Positions 55,011 to 64,000 of a stretch of 64,000 bases of DNA are shown here, one piece after another. Below the pieces are notes generated by a model. The model had not been told where the DNA came from. It made no database searches and saw only the letters and a list, made by a program, of their open reading frames with translations. Source of the DNA: an uncultured Rhodobacterales bacterium (GTDB lineage Bacteria; Pseudomonadota; Alphaproteobacteria; Rhodobacterales; CAZPXZ01); the NCBI GenBank assembly GCA_964586735.1, contig CAZPIN010000242.1, forward strand, positions 257 to 64,256, given 5' to 3'. Both the position numbers and the translations under genes were made by a program. How positions within the stretch are numbered: the stretch's first letter is position 1; every line of letters starts with the position of its first letter.

Positions 55011-55592
55011 ATGGTTTGGAATTCTCCCTTCAGGGACGCCAACCTAGTTGACCAGGAGGAGGACGACCGCCCGTGCGACGCGCCTGGATGCGACCAGCAC
55101 GGCGTCCACCGGGCACCCAAAGGGCGCGACTATGCAGATGGCACGTACTGGTTTTGCCTCCAGCACGTCAAGGAGTTCAACCGCAGCTGGAACTACTTCG
55201 ACGGCATGAATCCCGCCCAGATCGAGGCCGCCGTCCGCAGCAGCAGCACCTGGGACCGGGCGACCTGGCCGGTCAACCACCACGCTCCGGCCTACCAGAA
55301 TGGCAAGGCATGGATCGATCCATTCGACCTGTTTTCCCGGGAGTTCCGCGAGGCGGCCCGCAGGCAGCGGCCGCAGCCGTCCCGCCGTCCCGTCCTGTGC
55401 GCGCGCGCCCTGGATATACTTGGCCTCAAGCCGTCGGCCACGCCCGCGCAGATTCGCCGCCGGGCGCTCTCGCTGATCAAGCGGCTGCATCCCGACACCA
55501 ACCAGGGCCGCGCAGTGGACGGCAACCGCCTTGTGAGGGTAATTTGGGCCTGGCGCCGCCTGCGGCCCGCCATCGCCCGTCCCGAAGACTGA
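55011..55592 (+). CDS. J-domain protein (conserved neighbour of cobS/cobT)
   Basis: C-terminal 'ALDILGLKPSATPAQIRRRALSLIKRLHPDTNQG' carries the HPD motif. Confidence 0.75.
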   Translation: MVWNSPFRDANLVDQEEDDRPCDAPGCDQHGVHRAPKGRDYADGTYWFCLQHVKEFNRSWNYFDGMNPAQIEAAVRSSSTWDRATWPVNHHAPAYQNGKAWIDPFDLFSREFREAARRQRPQPSRRPVLCARALDILGLKPSATPAQIRRRALSLIKRLHPDTNQGRAVDGNRLVRVIWAWRRLRPAIARPED

Positions 55593-55637
55593 GAGACAGT
55601 TCCCGCGGCGCTCGCCGCCGGAACGAGCGTAGCCCTC

Positions 55638-56723
55638 ATGCCCAAGAAACCCGACACCTCCGTCCACGCGCCGATGACGCCAGACAGGGAGATCGACGTC
55701 GCCAAGACGTTTGGCTTCGACTCCGACGCCAAGGCGCCGGCGTTCACCGAGCGCACCGAGCTCGTGCCCGAGATCGACGACAGCTACTGCTTCGACCCGG
55801 ACACCACACGTATCATTCTCGCCGGCTTCGCCCACAACCGCCGGGTCATGATTCAGGGCTACCACGGCACCGGCAAGTCCACGCATATCGAGCAGGTGGC
55901 GGCCCGCCTCAACTGGCCCTGCGTCCGCATCAACCTCGACAGCCACATCAGCCGCATCGACCTCATCGGCAAGGACGCCATCGTGATTCGAGACGGCCAG
56001 CAGATCACCGAGTTCCGCGACGGCATGCTGCCGTGGGCGGTGCAGAACGCCGTGGCCCTGGTCTTCGACGAGTACGACGCGGGGCGCCCCGACGTAATGT
56101 TCGTGATTCAGAGAGTGCTGGAGTCGGAGGGACGGCTGACCCTGCTCGACCAGAACCGGGTCATCCGCCCGCATCCAAGCTTCCGGCTGTTCGCCACCGC
56201 CAACACCGTCGGCCTGGGCGACACCACCGGCCTGTACCACGGCACGCAGCAGATCAACCAGGGCCAGATGGACCGCTGGTCCATCGTCGCCACCCTCAAC
56301 TACCTGCCGCACGACGCCGAGCGGGCCATCGTCCTCTCCAAGGTGCCGCACTACGACACGCCTGAAGGCCGGCTGACCGTGGAGCGGATGGTGACTCTCG
56401 CCGACCTCACCCGCAGCGCCTTCGTCAACGGCGACATCTCCACCGTGATGAGTCCGCGCACCGTAATCAACTGGGCGCAGAACGCCGACATCTTCGGCGA
56501 CCTGTCCTTCGCATTCCGCGTCACCTTCCTCAACAAGTGCGACGAGCTGGAGCGTCCCTCCATCGCCGAGTTCTACCAGCGGTGCTTCGACCAGGAGCTC
56601 GACATCGGAGTCAAGCCTGCAGTACAGGAGGCAAAGCCCGACGATACGGCCGCCCCCTCTGGTACGGCGGCAAAGGCGGCTGGACGGCAGGCGACGAAAC
56701 CGAAGGTGGAGAAGGCGGCATGA
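55638..56723 (+). CDS. cobS: CobS-type AAA+ (MoxR-like) ATPase
   Basis: '[32 protein letters not shown]', '[14 protein letters not shown]'. Confidence 0.9.
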   Translation: MPKKPDTSVHAPMTPDREIDVAKTFGFDSDAKAPAFTERTELVPEIDDSYCFDPDTTRIILAGFAHNRRVMIQGYHGTGKSTHIEQVAARLNWPCVRINLDSHISRIDLIGKDAIVIRDGQQITEFRDGMLPWAVQNAVALVFDEYDAGRPDVMFVIQRVLESEGRLTLLDQNRVIRPHPSFRLFATANTVGLGDTTGLYHGTQQINQGQMDRWSIVATLNYLPHDAERAIVLSKVPHYDTPEGRLTVERMVTLADLTRSAFVNGDISTVMSPRTVINWAQNADIFGDLSFAFRVTFLNKCDELERPSIAEFYQRCFDQELDIGVKPAVQEAKPDDTAAPSGTAAKAAGRQATKPKVEKAA

Positions 56724-58570
56724 CCGCTTCCGGCCCCGCCGACGCCGCCGAGCAGTTCAAGCAGTCGCTTGCCGCAACCACGCGGGCCATCGCCCAGAAG
56801 CCCGAGCTTGAGTTCGAAACCCCTCCCGACACCTCGCCCTCCGATTCGCCGACCCAGCATTCCCGCCTGACCAAGCGGGCTCTCGCCCAGGCTGACATCG
56901 CCCGCACCCGCGGGCAGGCTGACGCTTTGGGGCTGCGCCACCGCCACCACCGTCCCGGCCTGCACGCCCGCCTGCGCCCCGGCGGCGTGGCCGCCGCGGC
57001 GGTATTCGATTCGCTGGAGCAGGCGCGCATCGAGGCGCTCGGCGCGCAGCGGATGCCGGGCGTTGGCAGCAATCTCGACGCCTCGCTTTCGGCGGAGCTT
57101 CGCGCCGCCCGCCCTGAAACTTCCGACGTAGCTGCCTCCACCGCGCTCGCCGCGCGCCTTGCACTGCGCAAATTTGCCATTGAACGGGACCTGCCCAGCG
57201 ACATCGAGGCGGTGCGCGCGCATTGCCCCGACGTCTCGGCGGTGGACTTCGAGGGACTCGCCGGCTGCATGGAGTCGCAGCGGGAGTTCGCCGAACTCGC
57301 CCGCCAGGCCATCGCGGCCCTGGGGCTTGCCGAGCAGCTGGCGGAGGACGGCGAGCCGGAGCCCGACGAGGACCCCGATACCGCCAGCGAGGCGGCCGAG
57401 GGACCCACGGACGAGATGGTCAAGGAGGAGCTGGCCAGCGAGGAGCAGGAGGAAACCGCCACCGAGGCCACCACATCCACCGGCCAAAGCGAGGACGGCG
57501 AGGACTTGGAGGCCGAGGGCGACGACGAGGGATCCCCTCCCAGCCAGCCTCCAAGGCCGGACCCCACCAGCTGGGCGGACCCCAGCTACAAGGTGTACAG
57601 CCGGGAGCACGACGAGGTGGTACTGGCAGGCGACCTGTGCTCCCTGGAGGACCTGGCCAAGTACCGGGCGCAGCTGGACGCCCAGATCGAGCCGCTGCGC
57701 AGCGCCGTCGGCCGCCTAGCCAATCGCCTGCAGCGCCGCCTCCAGGCCCAGCAGGCCCGCAAATGGAGCTTCGACCTCGACGAGGGCCTCCTCGACACGG
57801 CCCGGCTGGTGCGGGTTGTCATCGATCCTCTGGCGCCGCTGTCGTTCAAGATTGAAAGCGACACCTCCTTCAAGGACACGGTGGTGACGCTGCTGCTGGA
57901 CAATTCGGGATCCATGCGCGGACGCCCCATCGCCACCGCCGCCATCTGTACCGACATCCTCGGCCGCACGCTGGAGCGATGCGGAGTCAAGGTTGAAATC
58001 CTTGGCTTCACCACCCGCAACTGGAAGGGGGGCAAGTCGCGGGAGGCGTGGATCGCCGCCGGACGGCCAAGCGGGCCGGGCCGTCTCAACGACCTGCGGC
58101 ACATCGTCTACAAGGACGCCGATGTCCGCTGGCAAAAGGCAAGGCTAAGCCTGGGACTGATGCTGCGCGAGGGCCTGCTCAAGGAAAACATCGACGGCGA
58201 GGCCCTCGAATGGGCCCACGGCAGGCTGCTTGCCCGCCCCGAGCGGCGCAAAATCCTCATGGTGATTTCGGACGGCGCCCCCATCGACGACTCGACCCTT
58301 GCCGTCAACGGATCCTCCTATCTCGAGCACCATCTGCGCAGGGTCATCGCCGCCATCGACCGCATGGCGTCGGTCGAAATACTCGCCATCGGCATTGGCC
58401 ACGACGTCACCCGCTACTACCGGCGGGCCGTCACCATCACTTCGGCCGACCAGCTGGCGGGAGCGATGACCGAGCAGCTGGCGGACCTGTTCGAGGAGGA
58501 CGACCCGCGCTCCGGCCGCCGGCGGCGGATCAGGGAATCAGCTGTTTCTTCCGCCGCCGCCGCCGCGTGA
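56720..58570 (+). CDS. cobT: CobT-type vWA-domain protein
   Basis: ATGA overlap with cobS. It has an acidic middle and a C-terminal vWA/MIDAS motif '[11 protein letters not shown]'. Confidence 0.9.
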   Translation: MTASGPADAAEQFKQSLAATTRAIAQKPELEFETPPDTSPSDSPTQHSRLTKRALAQADIARTRGQADALGLRHRHHRPGLHARLRPGGVAAAAVFDSLEQARIEALGAQRMPGVGSNLDASLSAELRAARPETSDVAASTALAARLALRKFAIERDLPSDIEAVRAHCPDVSAVDFEGLAGCMESQREFAELARQAIAALGLAEQLAEDGEPEPDEDPDTASEAAEGPTDEMVKEELASEEQEETATEATTSTGQSEDGEDLEAEGDDEGSPPSQPPRPDPTSWADPSYKVYSREHDEVVLAGDLCSLEDLAKYRAQLDAQIEPLRSAVGRLANRLQRRLQAQQARKWSFDLDEGLLDTARLVRVVIDPLAPLSFKIESDTSFKDTVVTLLLDNSGSMRGRPIATAAICTDILGRTLERCGVKVEILGFTTRNWKGGKSREAWIAAGRPSGPGRLNDLRHIVYKDADVRWQKARLSLGLMLREGLLKENIDGEALEWAHGRLLARPERRKILMVISDGAPIDDSTLAVNGSSYLEHHLRRVIAAIDRMASVEILAIGIGHDVTRYYRRAVTITSADQLAGAMTEQLADLFEEDDPRSGRRRRIRESAVSSAAAAA

Positions 58571-58835
58571 GCAGCAGCGAGACAAGTCCCAGAACGGCGA
58601 AGATGGCCGCGAGAGGCCACGTCAGGACGGTCTGAATCACCGGATCCCACAGCGCGGGAAGGACGTAGCGCTGGATGCCCGCCTGGGCGAGCTGAAGGCT
58701 GTCGGCATGAACGGCGAACCACCACTCGCCCGCGGAGCGAAGCGCCTGATTGGTGTCGCCCTGAACCCATAGGATCAGGTCGACGATCGTCACGAGAAGC
58801 GCAACGACAAGCAATGTCCAGCCAACAGCGCGCAT
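58530..58835 (-). CDS. Small membrane protein (2 TM)
   Basis: Trimmed to '[24 protein letters not shown]...[25 protein letters not shown]'. It overlaps the cobT 3' end convergently. Confidence 0.5.
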   Translation of the reverse strand: MRAVGWTLLVVALLVTIVDLILWVQGDTNQALRSAGEWWFAVHADSLQLAQAGIQRYVLPALWDPVIQTVLTWPLAAIFAVLGLVSLLLTRRRRRKKQLIP

Positions 58836-58999
58836 GGTTCCGTTCCAATGCCACAGCGCCGCGCATCCAGACCCAGGTCCATGCCGCGGCCGCTTTTTCA
58901 CGCGCCCCGCACAAGTCGAATCGGAGCGGCACTCTAAATGTCAATTGGTATCAAATTGCACCTAAGGCTGTCAAGTCCGCCATCGCCGCCCAAAGACGC

Positions 59000-60021
<1,022 letters not shown>

Positions 60022-60034
<13 letters not shown>

Positions 60035-61434
60035 GCTTCCTCCATGCGCTGTATCGCTGCAACTATCCCCGGGGCGAAATCCCCGTGCCGTTCGGCAAGG
60101 CCGCCCCAAAGGTCCGGTTCGCGGGCAAACGCCTCCTCTTCGCCTGCGGCCAGGAGCGGGCGCAGCCGCTCCAACCGCGGCTCATGGTACGGCACCCGCG
60201 CACCGCCGTTTACATGCCGGCGGGCGTAGACGTACCAGCTTGCCACGCAGTCATAGCCGAAACGGGGCGCAATGCCCTGCTCCAGGCACGATTCCAGCGT
60301 GGGGCGCACAAACAGCGGCATTTTGGCCCAGCCGTCCATGCAGATGCGCTCCAGGCTGTCGCCGAGTCCCCGGTTGCCCAGCCGCGCCGCGACCGACTCC
60401 CAGTAGGCCCCCTTGTCGAAAGGCAGGTCGATGGTGATGCCGGGCAGTACCTCCTCGACCTCCCAGCCGTCGATATGCCGGCGCAGCCGCGAGTCCTCCA
60501 TGGCCTGGTCGAAGGTTTCATGGCCGGCCAGCGCGCCAAGATAGGCCAGCCCGGTATGCCCTCCGTTGAGGATGCGGATTTTGGCCTCCTCGTATGGATC
60601 CACGTCGCCGACCATCTCCACGCCGCACTGGTCCAGCGCGGGAAACGGCCCCGCCATCCGGTCCTCGACCACCCACTGCATGAAATCCTCGGCGTGGACC
60701 GGCGCCATCTCGCGCTGCGGAAACATCGCCCTTGCCTCCTTGGCCAGGGCGTCGCTGGCCCGGGGGGTAATGCGGTCCACCATCGAGCAGGGAAACGCCG
60801 CGCTGGCGCGGGTCCAGCCGGCCACCTCCCGCAGGCCGCGCGCCTCCAGATAGTCGAGCAGCCCTTGCCGCAGCATGCGTCCGTTGGCGCGGATGTTGTC
60901 GCAGCACAGCACCGACACCGGTCCGCCGCCCGCCTCCGCCCGCCTTCCCAGTGCCCGGGCGAGATAGGCGTAGACGGTCGCCGCGCCGCCGCCGTTGAGC
61001 TCGCGGGCCACCGCCGGGTGGGACAAGTCCAGCGCTCCGCCGTCGTCAAGGCAGTAGCCGCTTTCGGTTACGGTGACGGTCACCGCATGGACGCTGTCGA
61101 GCGCAATCAGCGACTCGGCCCGCTCGGCGTCCTCGGCCCAGTCCGCAAACGCCACATGCGGCCGCGCCAGCCTGTACGCCCGCGTCCCGTCCGCCGCCAT
61201 CGTCTTGACCAGATAGCCGTCTTCGGCCTTCTGGGCGGCGGCAAACGCCGCGCTGTCGGCGGCCCGCAGATTGACCGCCGCCACGCCCCAGCGGAGGTCC
61301 CCGGTCGCCTCCATGTAGTCGTCCAGATACACCGCCTGATGGGCGCGGTGAAACGCGCCGTAGCCGATGTGAACCACCCCGACCCGCGCCGCCGCGCGGT
61401 CGTAGCCCGTCCGGTACACCTCCGCCTCGGTCAT
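60022..61434 (-). CDS. Mannitol dehydrogenase family oxidoreductase (mannitol 2-dehydrogenase / D-mannonate oxidoreductase-like)
   Basis: This is the last 470 codons of shadow-extended ORF 60022..63060. '[20 protein letters not shown]', '[10 protein letters not shown]', '[13 protein letters not shown]'. Confidence 0.85.
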
Positions 61435-62327
61435 GCCGCTGGGCCCTCGCTGGCCGCCAGCCCCCTGCGGGCGAGCTCGCGGTAGGCCGTGGGCGGCATG
61501 TGCTTCATCTTGAGGAAGTGGCGGTTGAAGTTGGCAAGGTTCTGGAAGCCCACCTCGTGGCAGATCACCGACACATGCCGGTCCGTGGCGTACAGCAGGG
61601 AGCACGCCTGGCCGATTCGCACCCGGTTGACGAACTCCACGTAGCGGCTGCCGGTCGCCTTCTTGAAGTTGCGGGCGAAGGCGGCGACGCTCATGTTGGC
61701 CATGCTGGCCGCCCGCTCCATCGGCAGCCGCTGGTGGTAGTGGCCGACGATATGGTCGACCACGCCGGCGATGCGGGCGTGCATCCCCCGGTCCTTGGCC
61801 TCGGCAAGGCGGACAACCGACAGCGGCCGCCTGCCGGCGTCCCGCCCTACCCGCACCAGAAACTGGATGAAGGCGGCGATGCGCGCGGCGCCGGTGGCGT
61901 CGCGGATGCGCTCCAGATGCTCCCGCGCCTCGGCCAAATCGACCCCCTCGAACTCGATGCCGGACTTCGCCTGTTCCCACATCGAGGCCAGCTCGCCGAA
62001 CTCGGGAAAGGCCCGCGTCAGCAGCTCTACGCTCTCTTCGCTGAACTGCACCAGCATGTCGCGCACCTCCACCGGGTCGGGGTGCATGACCCCGTCCGTC
62101 ACCCAGTTGTGCGGCAGGTTCGGCCCGGTGAGAAACAGCGAGCCGGGCCGGAATTCGCCGATGTAGTCGCCGACAAACGCCTTGCCGCGGGTGGCGACGA
62201 TCAGGTGCAGCTCGTACTCCTCGTGGCTGTGCCAGCGGCACAGTCCGGTGGGCCATCCATGCTCCAGGTAGCGAATCGCCCCCGGCGCCCTGTCCACGTA
62301 CTCGTATTCCGGCTGGATGATCGACAT
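61431..62327 (-). CDS. AraC-family transcriptional regulator (cupin + HTH)
   Basis: 'HSHEEYELHLIV' cupin, then C-terminal 'ICHEVGFQNLANFNRHFLKMKHMPPTAYR'. Confidence 0.85.
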   Translation of the reverse strand: MSIIQPEYEYVDRAPGAIRYLEHGWPTGLCRWHSHEEYELHLIVATRGKAFVGDYIGEFRPGSLFLTGPNLPHNWVTDGVMHPDPVEVRDMLVQFSEESVELLTRAFPEFGELASMWEQAKSGIEFEGVDLAEAREHLERIRDATGAARIAAFIQFLVRVGRDAGRRPLSVVRLAEAKDRGMHARIAGVVDHIVGHYHQRLPMERAASMANMSVAAFARNFKKATGSRYVEFVNRVRIGQACSLLYATDRHVSVICHEVGFQNLANFNRHFLKMKHMPPTAYRELARRGLAASEGPAA

Positions 62328-62330
62328 GGT

Positions 62331-63101
62331 TCAGAACCTCAGCACGCTGCCGCCGTCGACGCTGATGGTCTGGGCGGTGATGTACTGCGACTGTGCGCTG
62401 GCCAGAAACACCGCCACCCGGGCAACCTCGTCGGGGCGGCCCATGGTGCCCAGCGGCACCGCCTCGCCAACCTCGCGCTTCTTCTGGCCAATCTCCTTGC
62501 CCTCGAATTGGGCGAACAGCGCGTCGACCCGGTCCCACATGGGCGTATCGATGACGCCGGGGCTGATGGCGTTGACGCGGATTCCCCGCGGCGCAAGCGC
62601 CAGGGCGGCCGACTGGGTGTAGCTGATAACAGCCGCCTTGCTGGCGCAGTAGTGGGCGACGAGCGCCTCGCCGCGATGGCCGGCCTGGCTGGCGAGATTG
62701 ATGATCGAGCCCGGACGCTCCGCGCCCGCCAGCGCCCGCGCCGCCGCCTGCATCACCGCGTACATCGAGCGGACGTTGAGGCCGAACAGCCGGTCGTACT
62801 GCTCCAGGTCCGCGTCGAGCACGCTGCCCATGTCGAAGACGGCGGCGTTGTTGAACAGCACGTCCGGCGCCTCCTCGGCGGCCCATGCGCAGCATCCCTC
62901 GAGGCCCGCCGGTTCCATCAGGTCGAACGCCCGGTACCGGACCTCGCAGCTGCCGGCGAACGACTCCCCCAGGTCGGTGGCCAGCACCTGCGCCCCCAGC
63001 GCGGCGAAATGCTCCGCCGTCGCCTGCCCGATGCCCCCGTTGGCGCCCGTGACCAGGCACTTCTTTCCCGCCAGGTCCGTCGGCGCGGGGTCGAGGCTCA
63101 C
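62331..63101 (-). CDS. SDR-family oxidoreductase (sorbitol/polyol dehydrogenase-like)
   Basis: GTG 63101 (GTGA overlap with the permease stop). 'KKCLVTGANGGIGQA', 'YCASKAAV'. Confidence 0.85.
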   Translation of the reverse strand: MSLDPAPTDLAGKKCLVTGANGGIGQATAEHFAALGAQVLATDLGESFAGSCEVRYRAFDLMEPAGLEGCCAWAAEEAPDVLFNNAAVFDMGSVLDADLEQYDRLFGLNVRSMYAVMQAAARALAGAERPGSIINLASQAGHRGEALVAHYCASKAAVISYTQSAALALAPRGIRVNAISPGVIDTPMWDRVDALFAQFEGKEIGQKKREVGEAVPLGTMGRPDEVARVAVFLASAQSQYITAQTISVDGGSVLRF

Positions 63102-63937
63102 TTGACCGCTCCGAAGGTCAGGCCCTGCACCAGCTGCTTCTGCGTCAGCCAGCCAAACACCATGATGGGCAGGCATGCCAGCGTCGACACCGCCGACAGC
63201 TTTGCCCAGAACAGCCCCTCGGGACTGGAAAACGAGGCGACCAGCGCCACCAGCGTGCCGGCGTCGGCGCTCGTCAGCTGCAGGGACCAGAACGCCTCGT
63301 TCCACAGCAGCACGATGGACAGCAGCGCCGTCGAGGCGATGCCGCCCCGCGCCAGCGGCATGACCACCTGCGTGATCTCGGCCCAGGTCGACGCCCCGTC
63401 CATCCGCGCCGCCTCGAGAATCTCCCGCGGGATGTCCCTGAAGAAGTTGAACAGGATCAGCATGATGATCGGCAGGTTGATCAGCGCGTAGATCACCACC
63501 AGCGCGGTCTTGGTGTCGAGCAGTCCAAGCTTCTGGCAGATCAGGTAAATCGGCATCAGCACGCCGACGGCGGGCAGCATCTTGGTCGACAGCATCCACA
63601 GCAGGATGCTCTTGGTGTGCTTGCCCGGATGGAACGCCATGGCAAAGGCCGAGGGCACCGCGATCAGCATGGCCAGCAGGGTGCCGCCCACCGAGGTGAC
63701 CACCGATGACCAGGCGTAGCGGAAGTAGTCGGTGCGCTCCTCGATGAGGAAGAAGTTTTCGAGAGTAGGTTCAAAGAACAGCAGCGGCGGAATCGCGATC
63801 GCCTGCTGCTCGGTCTTGAAGCTGGTCAGCACCAGCCAGAAGATGGGAAAGAACATCAGGCCCGCCGCCAGCCAGCAGGCTGCAACCGCGGCGCGGTGCC
63901 GCAGGCGCTCTTTCTGCCGGTCGGTCATGCCGCTCAC
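63098..63937 (-). CDS. Carbohydrate/polyol ABC transporter permease
   Basis: Multi-TM with the EAA loop 'EAARMDGASTWAEITQVVMPL'. Start at GTG 63937 or ATG 63928. Confidence 0.85.
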   Translation of the reverse strand: MSGMTDRQKERLRHRAAVAACWLAAGLMFFPIFWLVLTSFKTEQQAIAIPPLLFFEPTLENFFLIEERTDYFRYAWSSVVTSVGGTLLAMLIAVPSAFAMAFHPGKHTKSILLWMLSTKMLPAVGVLMPIYLICQKLGLLDTKTALVVIYALINLPIIMLILFNFFRDIPREILEAARMDGASTWAEITQVVMPLARGGIASTALLSIVLLWNEAFWSLQLTSADAGTLVALVASFSSPEGLFWAKLSAVSTLACLPIMVFGWLTQKQLVQGLTFGAVK

Positions 63938-64000
63938 GCCGCCAGGTTCTTGCCGATCGCCCGCACCAGGAAGAAGGCGACGATGTTGGCGAGGATGATG
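63934..64000 (-). CDS. ABC transporter permease, 3' end only (truncated by the window edge)
   Basis: Hand translation '..IILANIVAFFLVRAIGKNLAA*'. Its stop overlaps the next gene start. Confidence 0.5.
   Translation of the reverse strand, partial: IILANIVAFFLVRAIGKNLAA

Overview
This is a high-GC bacterial chromosome segment. The gene order looks alphaproteobacterial (yebC / YmdB-like / 5-FCL / zapA / DUF4164-like, then divergent tkt-gap; gatCAB-bolA; J-domain-cobS-cobT), but that taxon call is inference only. I can support about 55 CDS. I recognised no rRNA, tRNA, CRISPR array, transposase or integrase. The core content is housekeeping operons plus two carbohydrate/polyol ABC-uptake and catabolism clusters (14.5-25.0 kb and 59.0-64.0 kb), a Rieske oxygenase / DMGDH-like pair, and a giant Calx-beta autotransporter. 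Between these blocks sit at least six short accessory islets that look lower in GC by eye: (1) three tandem Hcp-like genes with an internal insertion and no other T6SS gene in the window (0.7-4.0 kb); (2) two tandem DUF3018(MazE-like)/MazF cassettes, one with a degenerate toxin (11.1-13.0 kb); (3) a stack of four AbiE (type IV TA / abortive infection) cassette units in progressive decay, including a triplicated promoter-operator-leader (25.0-28.5 kb); (4) an Rpn/YhgA-like PD-(D/E)XK nuclease followed by a separate gene made only of two DUF4351-like tail domains (40.6-42.4 kb); (5) an overlapping small-protein/HEPN gene pair next to an AAA-ATPase-like/PD-(D/E)XK protein (44.2-46.9 kb); (6) a fused MNT-HEPN protein plus an Mrr-type restriction enzyme with an AT-rich phased-repeat spacer (51.1-53.8 kb). 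My best candidates for something not yet described are the Rpn nuclease with an extragenic tandem-tail partner, the insertion-bearing orphan Hcp trio, the degenerate-MNT-like/HEPN pair, and the recurring pattern of an intact toxin module next to an antitoxin-only paralog. All family calls come from motif recognition by eye. No database search was run.
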